DNA of 64,000 bases, taken from positions 43,465,538 through 43,529,537 of the forward strand of contig NC_068990.1 in assembly GCF_001194135.2 (NCBI RefSeq), in the 5' to 3' direction. The notes beneath the pieces were generated by a model. The model did no database searches. It saw only the letters and a program-made list of their open reading frames with translations, and was not told the origin of the DNA. The position numbers and the translations under genes were made by a program. The stretch comes from Octopus bimaculoides (lineage: Eukaryota). Of the stretch, positions 41,200-54,320 are shown piece after piece (the first letter of the stretch is position 1; each line of letters begins with the position of its first letter).

Positions 41200-41485
41200 C
41201 CTGGATTTCGTTTTTTTGGGGAGTCACACCAAAAAATGTAAAACAAGTCAGTTAAAGAAGAATTTACTATATTTATAGAGGGAAGATTGTTGAGGGCTAC
41301 TGGAAGGATGCCACATTTGAGAATTGCTGGTGTAGAAACTTTTTCATTGACTTGCAAAGACGATTTGATGACAACCTCTTGGTGTACTGTTCAAGTACAT
41401 AACTCTATGGGTTGGAATATCGACACAATCATTTGGCCGTTGTTGCTAGTATGAAACAAAAATATTAAACTGATGGTGGTGGTGG

Positions 41486-41514
<29 letters not shown>
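41200..41514 (+). mobile_element. Probable LINE 3' end with (GGT)n(GAT)n tail
   Basis: IEGRLLRATGRMPHLR resembles the RTE IEG..RGRP motif; trinucleotide tail at 41473-41514. Confidence 0.35.
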
Positions 41515-41517
<3 letters not shown>

Positions 41518-44134
41518 TGCCAGCCATATTAAGATACTCTATTCATACAGTATTGTTATTTTTCCCTTCAATTTTTCATTCTTTAAAGGCAAATATTAAG
41601 TTAATCACTATTTGCTAAAGATATCCATCATCAATTTTATTTAATATTTAAAATGAATTTTTGGTATTGATTCATATTTGCAGTCATTTCACTCATTTTG
41701 TAAATGCACTTGAGAAAAGCATGAACATCACATGATCCCATTTTCCATCCTTTATGTTGTTAATCTATGTTCTTGTGCCTTTCTAGGAAAAATCAATACA
41801 AAACGAATTACAAGTTCACCTCTTTTCTATTTATAGTTCTAGTTTACACCAGTGGATGCCTGATTCCATTAGAAAAAAAAAAAACAGACCAGAAGCGCAT
41901 ATCAGTCTTTTATATACTGTTCATGTATTTTGAAAGTGTATTTGTTGGTGGTGGTGGTGGTAGTAATGTTATTGTTATTATTTACTGTCTTCTGTAAATG
42001 TAATCAAGATATTATTGTGCAATTCAATAATTGATTTAGAGAGGAAAAAATGACTCCAAATACTCAGTATAGTCAACAAATTCAGTATGTGGGATTCTAG
42101 CTTGAAGGAGCTTGCTATCATCGTTGTCGTTTTAATGTAGACTAGCAATTTGTTTGCAACTCATTGTAGATTTTTATTTATTTGTTTACTTTTCATAAAT
42201 TGCAATCTGCTATCTTAGCTATTGGTGAAAGCTGAAAAGCAAATCAAATATATGAGCTCGTTTTGAATCATTAATGTCTATTGTATTACTTTTTAAAATA
42301 TTCCTTTCTATTGCTAATTTAGGAAAAAAAAATTTTCTTTTATTTAATTAGTTTTTGCTAATTTTATTTATATAGACTGTTTGTTTTCATTCTGTGACTA
42401 ATCATTAAAATTTGGGTTTCTGTTAAATAATGAATATGTATATATTTCAGTGTTTTATTATTTTTTTAAATTTTCTTCTCCATAAATGTCTCAGATCAAA
42501 ATAGTAGAATGTAGTTCTGGATATTAAATTATATATATTAGCTTTTTATAAACAATTTTTAGGGACCTTCATGAAATACTTTATTAAATGTACTTACCTG
42601 AGTATTTTAATTTTCTTGAATTATATATAGTTTTTGACTGTTAGACTGTTCGTGTCTAGGACTGGATATTTTATGCTTATGATAAATAAGCTGATAACTA
42701 GTTTTAAATCAAATCTCTGTTGATTTTTTGTCTTTGCTCTATCTTAGCTTGATAGAATATTGATATTGTTAAAGATCAGTTACATCTTGTTTCCTTAAAA
42801 CAATGCTTATGCATTGGCAGAAAAGAAGGTGTATATGTACATCAACTAGAGTTACTATAAAGAAGTATATATATTTTTTGTTTCTCTTTTAAGATTTTAA
42901 CCTTAGTTCTCAGATTTTCCCAGTCTACAATCATGACATAATATATTTCCATAAAGAGAAAAGAGTTGCCTTAAAAGGTATTAACATAAAGCCTACATGA
43001 ATCTGGTTTGACTTATCACCACTGGCTGATTTATTTATGGCAAAGGTAGTAACTTCAGAGGAAGCATACAAGTTTTGTCGCCAAATGGATTCTGGAATGT
43101 TCTGGTCCAACAGTTATTTAGGGGCAAGAAAATGCAGCATAGAGCAGAGCTAACCCAGGTTTATTTGGATCATGTTGCTTTCCCACCAAATAATGGTCAT
43201 TCACCTCTCTTGCTTATTCTGGCAAATTTAGTCTAACCAGAGGGCTACTTCAGGATTTGTACAAGTTGGTCATCTCTCATTTCACTTATCTCCCTCTCCT
43301 ATTTGCAGGCCTTAACTAGTAGTGTCAATCAACAAATATTCGTGATATGAAATGATTCATATGCCCTATACTACTCACACATTATTGAATGTACATACAT
43401 GAGTACTGTGTGGTAATAATTAAAATATATGGGATCTCAGATGTGGTTAATGTCAATACTCAACTTAACTTATCTGACTTTGAGAACATTGACAGAAGTG
43501 AGGACTTAGAACTTTACTTAAAGGCTTATCTAAATTGTATAGGTAGTGTAATTGATGTGGTTAAAGTAATCTATAGAATTTAAGGACTAGACTATTTATA
43601 CAGAACATAACACTTTACAACCAGTATTTTCAGTCAGAATTGAAGACCTAGAAGTAGGTCAGTGGTGTTTTATTTAGCCTCAGGCCAGTCCAGATTGAGC
43701 AGATATCTGATTAAAAGTAGTGAAGCCGTGATCATTTTGTCTTTGTTTAATGCATATATCAGGGCCTACATACATTACTCCCCCCCACACACACATCCCT
43801 GCATTTCTCCTGTTTTTGAGAATGTTGGTAGTTATTTGTGGGAGATTTGATTACTATTTTTATCAGGTTGAGCAACCTTGAGACAGACAGACGGTAAGCA
43901 TTCATTACAGGAGATTCTGATAAGCTATTTTAGAGACATATGAATATATTACATTTGTGTACATAAATACCCTGGTCACAAAACTGAAGAGTAAAGACAC
44001 AGGACACTTGGATATCTGTCTTCAAAAGGAATTCATAATATCTTGACTTCTTGGTTACAAGTTGCATAAAGTTCAGTCAAAGCAACTTGTTGTTGATAAG
44101 AAAACAGGTAATGAACACAAAATAGACAGTCAAG

Positions 44135-44285
44135 ACTGTGTAGTTAAGAATTTATTTTGCAGTCGTGTGGTTTTGAGTTTAGTTCCATTGCACAACTCCT
44201 TAGGCAAGTGTCTTCCACTATAACCCCAGGCTGTAATGCTTTGTGAAGTTATTGACAGAAACTACAAAATCCTTCACATATATTT
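44135..44285 (+). mobile_element. SINE family A, degenerate head
   Basis: gactgtgtagttaagaa...gagtttagttccattgcac...ttaggcaagtgtcttccactataacccc. Confidence 0.6.
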
Positions 44286-44699
44286 GTGAATGTTGCTGAG
44301 CTACAGATAGCATTGTCTGTTGTCAGTTTCCTCTTGCAAATTATTTGGTAACTCCATACTTTTCAAGGTGAGTGTGATAAAAACTCACTCACTTGAAAAA
44401 CAGGTAAGGGTTAGCAATTGAAAGAGCAATTGGCTCTAAAACATCTCAATATGTATTCATCTAGCCCATACTAGCATGGAAAAATGGATGTAGTACAAAA
44501 GAAACCTTATCTCTAGTGTAAAAATATCTTCTTGCACAAAGTGAAGTTAATTTGTAGAATGTTCAGGCTGAGGGCAGTGAAAGTAGAACCATTATTTTAG
44601 AAGAGGAGGATATGGAGTTGTTGTTTAGTTCCTGAGCAGATCTACGATGAAAAATATTCAAGTCATAGCCACCCTGGCTTTTTATTTTTTTTTTTTCTG

Positions 44700-44709
44700 N
44701 NNNNNNNNN
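44700..44709. other. Assembly gap
   Basis: N run within poly-T. Confidence 1.
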
Positions 44710-47527
44710 TTTTTTTTTTTTTTTTCTGGTATAATGTAACCAGCACTGCATTATGCCATGCCTTCCTTTTTGAAGACAGTCAAGTTTAATGTGAAGAGAT
44801 TTGGCTGCTATTTCTGGCAAGTCAAATGACTGCATAAAGATTTCTTTATTGGCTCAGATGAGGAAGCTGCAAGTGTTGCCTTTTTGAGAAGTAGAGAGGC
44901 AACTCCAACATACTTGAACCCAGAAATTATATTGTGAACAGCTGGACGATCATAAGGAAAATCTAATGCAAGCTTTTGACAAGTTTTGTGAATTGGACAA
45001 CATTCCAACTAAGCATGGTGGTTATGAAACTGTTGTAGTAGAGTTAGCAATGCTTTAAGATATATGTAATAGGCTTAATACTGCAAAGGCTTTTAGAAGT
45101 GTTTTTGTTCTATCGAGGAGGACGACTGCACTGAAGATTTTTACAAAATTTCACATTAATGGAATTGATGCAATGAAATCTATATACCTTTATAGACTGA
45201 GAGAATGATTGGTAAAAATGTGAGGTCCAGAGATGACACATAATGGAGATGATAAGGTGGAAAAGCAAAATGAATTATGTTGCTTGCCAGTTTAGAGGAA
45301 CAGAAAATTGTAGTTAACGATAGAAAAGACAGAAAAGAAACAGCATGTTAGTAGTCATTACCAATAAGATCAACGGCCTTTTGAGGGATGCAGCCTAAGA
45401 TGTTTATGTGTATCAGTAGCACTTATTCAATCTAAGTCAACAAGTGAAATGTTTTCTGACTTTGTAGAGAAAACATTGTCTTTAGTATGCAGTTTTTGGA
45501 AAGATTACCTCGTATATGAAGTAACTGTAAGAGATTGTGAGATTTAGCATTTGTAGTGACTTTAAAGGGTTTTTTTTTGTTGTATGCTGTTAATGTAAAA
45601 AGGGAGTGTTTCTTTAATGTGTAGCAGATGTATTTGGGGTTGCCATATTTTCAAATGAAGGGTATTTTTAAAGCCTCTCCATGGAAACAATGCCTGACTG
45701 GCAAGATATGTCTAGATTGTATATGCACAATGTCTGTTGTGCAGATATGTAAAGGAGTGTAGGATGACTTTTTGTAAGTGTGTGTGTGATTATTAGTAAC
45801 AGTTAGTAGGTCATGCAGAAATGAGTGTGGTAGAGTCAACTAAACCTTAGAGTACACTTGAATTGATAGAATGTGGATTGAAGAGAGCTCCCCCTCACAC
45901 ACACACACACACACCTACATATGCTCTGATGAAGCAATCTGACAGGAAACTTCTAATGCAAGAAATGATAAATAGATAGATAGATAACTTAGCTTTGTCA
46001 AGGGCAACAACAGTTACTGATATCAGAATAAGTTAGTGTTATATTATACTTTACTCGTAAGATTGTGTAGGAAGATTTTATCCCTGCTGATTAGCAACAG
46101 GAAAGCTGTTTCATTCTGTTTTCTAGCCAGCAGGAACATTTACTTTTAAGAACTATTAGCTTCATTATATAGTAAAAAAAATTTTATCATAACACTTACA
46201 GGAAAAAGTATATAAAATAATTTGAAGCTTGATTTTACAATTTTTCTCATAGTTGCAGGATATCTGATATATTCAACAGAAACTGCTGTACAACTCATTT
46301 TACTTGACATTTTAATATGAATGAATATATATGGATTTAAGTGTGTATTAGAACACATGAGTGAATATTAAATTAAAAGCAGAACAATGTTAACTTGAGC
46401 AGAACAAAATTGAAGCATAAATGTTTGGCTGCATAAATTGTATTGCAGTTACTGGATTAAAAATGTTTTGTTCATAATTTAGTGTTTATGTATTTATATA
46501 TGTCAGTTCACAAAAGAGTTTCTTTTCCGTTTACATTGAGTTTAAATTCACCTTCTGAAAATTATGACAACATAAATACTAAAGTGGCATTTTACTCTTT
46601 GAAAAATAGTAGAATTAATGTTTCAAATCCTATTTCATTATCTCTTAATATCTTGAGGAATAGTTTTCTTTCAGCATTGAATATGCTGATTTTAATATTA
46701 AGTTTGTGTTAAGCATTAGAGCAGGAATTAAGATCCTAATAATCCAACCGACCAGGTCATTTTCACTCTTGTTGATTGATGATTCAGATTCTCTACTTGT
46801 TCTGTTGAAAAATGTACAAATATCAGAGAAACTCATTCTCTTCTCTGCATAAATTTATGACTTTGTGCTTTAGTAAGAAATCAATATTAAACTGTCTTTC
46901 ATTGTTTGTCTTCTTTTTAGTTTGTCAAGAGCCAAAGAATATTAAAGGAAGAGATTAATCTAAAATATTTGTTCAGCGTTAGAAACAGCAGAATAAAAAA
47001 CAAGAAGTTTATAATTAAAAGCTGAAACTTAGAATAATGATAGTAATTTTCATATTATTTCTCTGTGGTTTCTGTTTAAGATTGTTGTAATTTGAATATT
47101 TTTGTCAACAATGGCAGTTAGCTGTTTTTTTTGCTGTATCTCAAATCAATGTCATACATTAAATAATGAAGATCAACTTCCTTTTGTCTCCTTAGCATAA
47201 CTGTTACCTTTTTATGATGGAGAGGGAGCGACTGAATACCAAATTCTTTCATACAAGTCTTCTTCAGCATATCAGAATGCTGTTTTAAATGCATAAAATA
47301 TTCTGATATTTGGCAAATCTATTCCTGAACTGGTTAATTATTTTTGACTCAGTTACATTTCTTACTAGCCAATTCTAATTAGTACGAGAAAGTTCTTTGC
47401 ACTGTAAGTTTTTTATATATAAAAAGAAATAAATTCAGGTGAATGTCTAATGATGACATTCTAAGATTTCAAATTTGTTGAAGTTTTGCTTAATTTAAAA
47501 TTACCTCTTAATCCCATTTCAAGTGAA

Positions 47528-47830
47528 GGTACATGGCTCAGTGGTTAGAGCATTGAGCTTATGATTGTGAGGGTGTAAAAGTTCAATTCCCAGACTGGAC
47601 TGTGTGTTGTGTTCTTGAGCAAGACATTTTATTTCACGTTGCTCCAGTTCATTCATCTGTAGAAATGAATTGTGATGTCACTGGTGCTAAGCCGTATCAG
47701 GCTTTGCCTTTCCCTTGGATAACATTGGTGACATGGAGAGAGGAGGCTGGTATGCATGGGTGACTGCTGGTTTTCCATAAACAATCTTATCTGGATTTGT
47801 GCCTAGGAGGGGAACTTTCTAAATGTAATT
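47528..47830 (+). mobile_element. tRNA-headed CORE-like SINE family D
   Basis: A-box-like tggctcagtggttag, B-box-like gttcaattccc, then gtgttcttgagcaagaca...gctccagttca..ca.ctgtagaaatg. Confidence 0.75.
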
Positions 47831-48541
47831 TCATGATCGTTCATAACCAAAGGGCATCTTTACTCCTTTATTCCTATCCCATTTCTAAATGTGTAATTTC
47901 ACTCTATAAAAGGAATTATGTTTTTTTTGCCTATAATCATATGATCATTTTTTTTTTCATTCACTTCAATGGTTCTTTATATCATGAGGAGTAATTTAAA
48001 TATTTTAACCTGTTTTGTAGCTGTCAAGACTAATTGGATTAGGTCAAACAATTAATTTATCCAAATCTTGATTTCATGTGCCAGTTCATTTATAGGCATT
48101 GGGTCCTGAATAGCTTCAAGACACCTAGTTTGTACATTAGCTCCATTGTATCTTTTTACGTCTGTGTTGCATGGTTATCTGATGCAGCATAAGCCATTTT
48201 ATCTTTTCTTTGTATTGACATTTATCAGATTAGAGTGCAAAAGCATTTGAGAAAATAATTACTCTACTTCTCATATACATTCTAATATGTGTCTGAGAAA
48301 AAAGTTTCAAATTACATAAAAATAAATTTTGTTGTACTCAATTTCCTTCATTTTGCTTCTTGTTATTCCTCTGTATCCTTCAGTTTATATTATACTTGCT
48401 TGGAATATCATAAGATATTTGTAATTAAACATTTGGGATTTAGTGTTACTGCAAATAAAAAGACAAAACAATATAACCTTTTTGATGGATGAAAAATTTG
48501 GAAAAAATCTCTTTATTCATATATATATATATATAATGCAC

Positions 48542-48705
48542 AGGCGTGGCTATGTGGTAAGTAGCTTGCTTACCAACCACATGGTTGCGGGTTCATTCCC
48601 ACTGCGTGGCACCTTGGACAAGTGTTTTCTACTATAGCCTCGGGCTGACCAAAGCCTTGTGAGTGGATTTGGTAGGCGGAAACTGAAAGAAGCCTGTCTA
48701 TATAT
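48542..48705 (+). mobile_element. SINE family A, young, running into an assembly gap
   Basis: aggcgtggctatgtggtaagtagcttgcttaccaaccacatgg...gaaactgaaagaagcc. Confidence 0.9.
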
Positions 48706-49029
48706 NNNNNNNNNNNNNNNNNNNNNNNNNNNNNNNNNNNNNNNNNNNNNNNNNNNNNNNNNNNNNNNNNNNNNNNNNNNNNNNNNNNNNNNNNNNNNNN
48801 NNNNNNNNNNNNNNNNNNNNNNNNNNNNNNNNNNNNNNNNNNNNNNNNNNNNNNNNNNNNNNNNNNNNNNNNNNNNNNNNNNNNNNNNNNNNNNNNNNNN
48901 NNNNNNNNNNNNNNNNNNNNNNNNNNNNNNNNNNNNNNNNNNNNNNNNNNNNNNNNNNNNNNNNNNNNNNNNNNNNNNNNNNNNNNNNNNNNNNNNNNNN
49001 NNNNNNNNNNNNNNNNNNNNNNNNNNNNN
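48706..49029. other. Assembly gap
   Basis: N run at the internal microsatellite of a SINE. Confidence 1.
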
Positions 49030-49343
49030 GCTCCTTTAGTGAACCAAGTTGTGAAATGATCGTAATCTTATGGTGAAATAAATATATTTATCTCATACCT
49101 CCTGGCTTTCTTTATATTCTGTATATGCATTGTGATAAAAGATATATGAATTAAATGAAGTCTGATTTTCCTGACTAAATGTCCTTTTTTTTTTTTTTTA
49201 TACCCCATGGTGTGCACGCACCTGTAATTTTTGTTTGAACTAAAAACTTCAAATTAATTGCCACTATTTGCAATATTTTATTCAAGATTTAGTCAATTTT
49301 TACTTAGGCTAATGAAATATTTGTACACTTTTATTTTTGATAG

Positions 49344-49462
49344 GTTCGGGGATCACTTCAAACACATAGGCATCAAAGGAAAGAAAAATTTTTCAAGAAA
49401 ATTCCTGGAAGGCTTTGTTTTAAATTAACATCGCTTGTACCAAGAGTTTTGCTAGATGATGG
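49344..49462 (+). CDS. DCAF15: DCAF15 internal coding exon (probable exon 2), 119 nt, phase 0 to phase 2
   Basis: Acceptor ttatttttgatag| and donor GG|gtaagt. Translates VRGSLQTHRHQRKEKFFKKIPGRLCFKLTSLVPRVLLDDG, aligning with recalled human [33 protein letters not shown]. Phase fits the next exon. Absent from the ORF track (too short, no ATG). Confidence 0.88.
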
Positions 49463-50149
49463 GTAAGTATATTAACTATTATTAATAAACTATTGTATTC
49501 TTGAAATTTATCATTTTCAGACAAGCTAGTTAAAAAAAAAAAAATTGTTATGCTGTTAGTTGATTGGCTCCAAATTGCAATTAAATCCCACTCAGTGAAC
49601 TCCCCATCTAATATTTTAAATATAGGGGGTACCATATGTTTTGAAACCTAAGTTTTGGGACAGCACAAGCCCATCCATGGAGAGAGAAAATAACACTTTA
49701 TATTCCAATATCTGATAGTAGGGTGAAGCTCATAGTTTGGTATCATTTATCTTAGGCACAAAGCCAACTTTTGTTTGAATGTATAAGGTCAGTTGTATCA
49801 ACATCAATATTATATTACTGCTACTTGATCAAAGAGAAAGAGTGAGAGCTATTGAAAGGCAAGCTTTAGAATTATTTTGTTTTTTAACTAAAATAAAAAA
49901 TGATATGATGATGCATTATTGGAATGACATTTCACAAAACATAGATATCTTCACCTTTTAGTTGCACATCTCTTCAGTTAATATATTCATTTTAGGTACC
50001 ATGTTTATGTCTAGTCTTAAATATTTAACTAATTTAAGATGTTAAGTCATCTCTGAAATAATTGAGATGGCATGGTAAAACGGCTAAGTGAGTAAAAATA
50101 AATTCTAAGAAGGAACAAAAAGTTGGTAGTTAATGATATAGTGTTCATT

Positions 50150-52200
50150 GTACCTGCATATCTACCTACCACACACAAGACTACTTTTTCTGTTAACCTT
50201 CCTGTATTCCACTGCACCTCTTATGTGTCTATAGCTTGCACTGGGTACACCAAATGAAATTTCTACGTACACCTTTTTTACATATTGAACAGGGCCAGTT
50301 CCTTGAAAGGATTAGTAATTTGTCTGCTTACTAGCTCTTTGACCTTTGCTAAATTAACTCTAAGGCTCTTAGATTCCAGTCCTTGCTTCTAAATTTCCGT
50401 TTTTTACTCTAGCAGAGATTCATCTATAAAAACAATGTTGTCAGCATAGAGAAGCTCCCAAAGGCAACCAGTTTTAAATTAGGGCTACAATAAATGAAGG
50501 AGCTGAAAACTGATCTTTGGTGATTAATTCATTGCTGTGCCCAATGCTGACTTTTATCTTACTGACAGCATCCGTGTACATGGATGACTCTCACCAACAA
50601 CTCATCTGCTTATAGCTTCTACACTGACCTCCAGATAAGTGAGTGAGAGACCCTGTCAAAGGCTTTCTTCATGCCAACTAATGCCAAGTATAGCAGTTTA
50701 TTTTTTGCTGAATGTTTCTCTTGCAGTTTGCCTGCCTCAGAAGATAGCATCAGTAGTGCTTTTCTCTGGCACAAAACTAAACTGCATCTCATTTAGGTTA
50801 ACTCTCTTCCTAATTAGTTGAGCTATGACTCTTTCTGTAACTTCCATGACCTGGTCCAGTAATTTGTACCTCTATAATTACTTCAATCTGAAGCATCACC
50901 TTTCCTTTTTTTAGCAGTTGATTATAATGCTTCTACACCAGTTGTTGGGTATGACCCCTTCCTGGATAACTTGATTCACTATACAGGTGACAAAGCCTAC
51001 TCTACCAGATATTTTAAGCATGTTGATGGTAATTCTTGATGGACCAGGGACTTTCCTAGCATGTCCCTCTATTGGGTCTCCTTCTGCTATGCACTCTCTA
51101 CATTTAGCTGCCTTTTATAGTGACACTTCCATGCCTCTTTCTTTGCAAGGTCATTAAGTGCAAGTGTGCCATCATCCATCCAAACACACTTCATTCTTGC
51201 AAGATCACAATTTTCTCTGACACACACCCTTGCAATCCAGAACATCTCATGCCTCTGGTCCTCACACTGCAGAACACAGGCAAACTTCTTCCTTTCAGCT
51301 TCTTCCTAAGGTAAATATACCTGCCTCCTAGCTTCATTTCTAGCTACCCCAACTCTTCCAGTCCTGTTTCTTTGCACTTATGTCCCTGTTTACTACACTG
51401 TTCCACCACCATGTCACCCTACCTCTGGTTGGGATTTTACACCAGTCACACATAAGTTGTCCCGTAGGGACCTTCATCTGTTCTCTGTTACATGTCTGTA
51501 ATTAATTCATCTTCCTTCTCATCAAATGCTTCAATTAGGATGTCTTTAAATCTCTGACTATTCTAAGTATCCTTAAGCTTCCAAATCCTTCTTTTCTAGA
51601 TTTGTCTGCATCTTGGAATCTTTCTAACCTGGTATCTAAAGTCACTAGTGACTAACCTATGTTGATGAGTACATTCTTCACCTGGGAAGGTCTTTGCATT
51701 TTTGAGCAACCATATATCCCGCTTTCTCGTGAGAATGTAGGCAATCAGATTGATAGATTATCTGGTAACTAGCTGGTTTCTTGAAGTTGCTGTTGCAGAT
51801 CATTAGGTTATTTGCATCACAGAACTCAAGTAGCCATGTTCCCTCCTTAGTACGAGAACCAATTCCATAGAAGCCACCCAGATGCTGCCCAACATTTCTA
51901 TTGAAGTAATCAGCCACAAAGATAAGGTCACTGTCATTTGTCTTAGAGGTAGTCTGCAAAAGAGTATCATAAGATCGATCCTTTTGTTCATTTGACAGCC
52001 ATAGGCAGAAATAATAGTTGCTGTACTACCTTGCAAAACTAATCTAAGGTTAAGTATCCTATTGCACATTCTGACTACATTGATATGCCCACACCACTTA
52101 CCCAGTTACTGTTGCCTTCCCAGAAGATATTCTAAATTGGAAACAATTATTAACTCTCTTAGGACACCCAGGCCAATTCATCAGCCTAAGTGACACAAGC
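50150..52200 (-). mobile_element. Decayed RTE LINE covering most of the ORF, antisense in a DCAF15 intron
   Basis: In order on minus strand: APE endonuclease (IFWEGN..GVGI, IISAYG, EGTWLLEFCDANNLMICN), GKVPGPS..MLKISG, STTDAIF, WELLYADN, LESKSLRVNLAK, WPCSICKKGV..CTQC..THKRCSG. Confidence 0.88.
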
Positions 52201-53114
52201 TGAAAAGACTTTGAAGCTGATCCATCGGCCCAATGTAACAAATGTTGTGAATGGTTGGTTTTGAAGTGTAATAGCTAATCAGAGATTTCCTTTAAGTAGA
52301 TGTATCTTGATAGGAAAAAGAACTTTAGTCTTTTTTGGCTACAGATACCAAAACACCATATCTCAAAAGGGCTAAAAGCTATAGGCTAGCAGAATCAGAG
52401 CATCAAAAAAAGTAATGCTTCTTTACAAGTTTAGGCCTTGTGCTTTTCATTCTTTCAGGTTCAATAAAATAAGTAACAATGAAGTACTGGAATCAATGTT
52501 ATTGACTCCCCCCTCATCTCAGAATTGTTGACCTCATCCCAAAATCAGAAAGAATTATTGTGGTTATAGATTGGCTGAATCATTAATGTCAGAAAAAACT
52601 ACTTTGCAGTATTTGTTGCAGCCCTTTACATTCAGAGTTCAAATCTTGCTGAGGTCATCTTTTCTTTTCATTCTTCTGGGGTTTATAAAATTAAGTTTCA
52701 GTCAAGTTCTGGACTTGACATTGATTCCTCCTCTCAAAACTGTTATTTTCGCAAGTGTTTTGCATCACCTTGTAAAATGCTTGCATGTCTCAGTAGATTT
52801 TCACTTTACAGACTCCCTAATGATTCTTTGATAAGATGGTTGTCAGCATCTTCAGAAAAAGCCATTTTCTTGAATGTAAACAAATACTGTATGTCTTAAA
52901 AAATTTTTTAAACAACTACATTATGTCACTTAAACTAATTGGTGTACTTATTAAGAAGGCCATTGTTTATAAACACACTTTCTTGTTGTGGTACTCTTTC
53001 TGTTGTAATAAAAAACAAGCTAACGATGGAACCTCTACATGGTTATTCAACATGGCTGAAATAATTAACAACCAAGTATCTCTCAAATCACATCCTGTTG
53101 TCTATATTCTTTTA

Positions 53115-53470
53115 TTCTTTTACTTGTTTCAGTCATTTGACGGCAGCCATGCTGGAGCACTGCCTTGAAGTGTTCTAGTCAAACAAATCGACTCCAAGAC
53201 TTATTTTTTTTAATGCCTAGTACTTATTCTATCAGTTTCTTTTGCCGAACTGCTAATTTACAAGGACATAAACACACCAACGCTGTTTATCAAGCAGTGA
53301 TGGGGTGGGGGTACAAACACAGACACAAAACACACATAAATATATATACATAAATGTAAACTTCTTTCAGTTTCTGACTACCAAATCCACTCACAAAGCT
53401 TTGGTTAGCCCGAGGCTATAGTAGAAGACACTTGCCCAAGGTGCCACGCAGTGGGACTGAACCTAGAACT
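53115..53470 (-). mobile_element. SINE family A, antisense
   Basis: ttttacttgtttcagtcatttgacggcagccatgctggagcac ... gcccgaggctatagtagaagacacttgcccaaggtgccacgcagtgggactgaacc. Confidence 0.9.
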
Positions 53471-53653
53471 ACAGTATAATGCATGATTAATTCAATCAAT
53501 GTGGCAGTGCCTCAGCATGTCCCAATGACTGAAACAAGTAAAGTACAAAATAAACATTACATTTGACAGTAAAATGAATGCTAAAGGGTTAAACATTATT
53601 TAGCTCTGCATTCAAATTAATATTAACCTACAAAAAATTACAAAACCTTACTT

Positions 53654-53657
<4 letters not shown>

Positions 53658-53690
<33 letters not shown>
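53658..53690. repeat. (AC)n microsatellite, representative of many CA/TA/GA tracts
   Basis: Direct reading; similar tracts near 11675, 17204, 26135, 38757, 45895, 54133, 56826. Confidence 0.95.
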
Positions 53691-53692
<2 letters not shown>

Positions 53693-54130
53693 TGATTGGA
53701 TGACAATACTAATTAAAAAATACTGCAAACATTTTGACTAATCTTTATTATTAGATAACTTTTAAACATCTGGTTTGTCCCAAATTTCAAGCATATGCAG
53801 AAAGGTTAAGCCAAGCAACATTGATCAGATACCACACAGCTTGTCTCGTGTACCAATAGTCGATTTTTATCTGTACATACATATTTCATGTCTCTTAAAA
53901 CTTTTCAGATTCATCAATGACTATTAGGTTGCAATTCACTCTCTCTCTCTCTCTCTCTTTCCCTCCCCTCTTTCTTTCTCTCTCATATGACAGGAGGTAT
54001 AAGAAGATAAAGAATGCTCAATACATGTACAGAGTATATTCATTTAACACTAGTTCTTTACTTCATTGCTACTCTGAGTTTCTTGCTATTTGTGAGAAAC
54101 TCTGAGTGCCAACAGAATGAGTAACCAGCA

Positions 54131-54173
<43 letters not shown>

Positions 54174-54320
54174 AAAATGAAAAATAATAATAAGGCAGAA
54201 TGCTAAACTGAAAGCATATTTTAATATAGATTCCTAACCGGCTTTCATTGCATGGCAAATTTTCAAGAAGAGGGAGAATGAAAATGTTTTTTACAAAAAA
54301 GTAAAAAATAATATATAAAA

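Noticed and set aside
42960-43140. DLSPLADLFMAK, Penelope RT-like
   Set aside because: Single short motif without convincing flanking blocks.
44060-44110. Phase-0 donor after SNLLLIRKQ as DCAF15 exon 1
   Set aside because: Upstream in-frame stop with no ATG; weak match to the expected motif.
46645-46860. Minus-strand AEKRMSFSDICTFF resembling a kinase C-terminal motif
   Set aside because: In-frame stop just upstream, weak acceptor, no other kinase exons seen.
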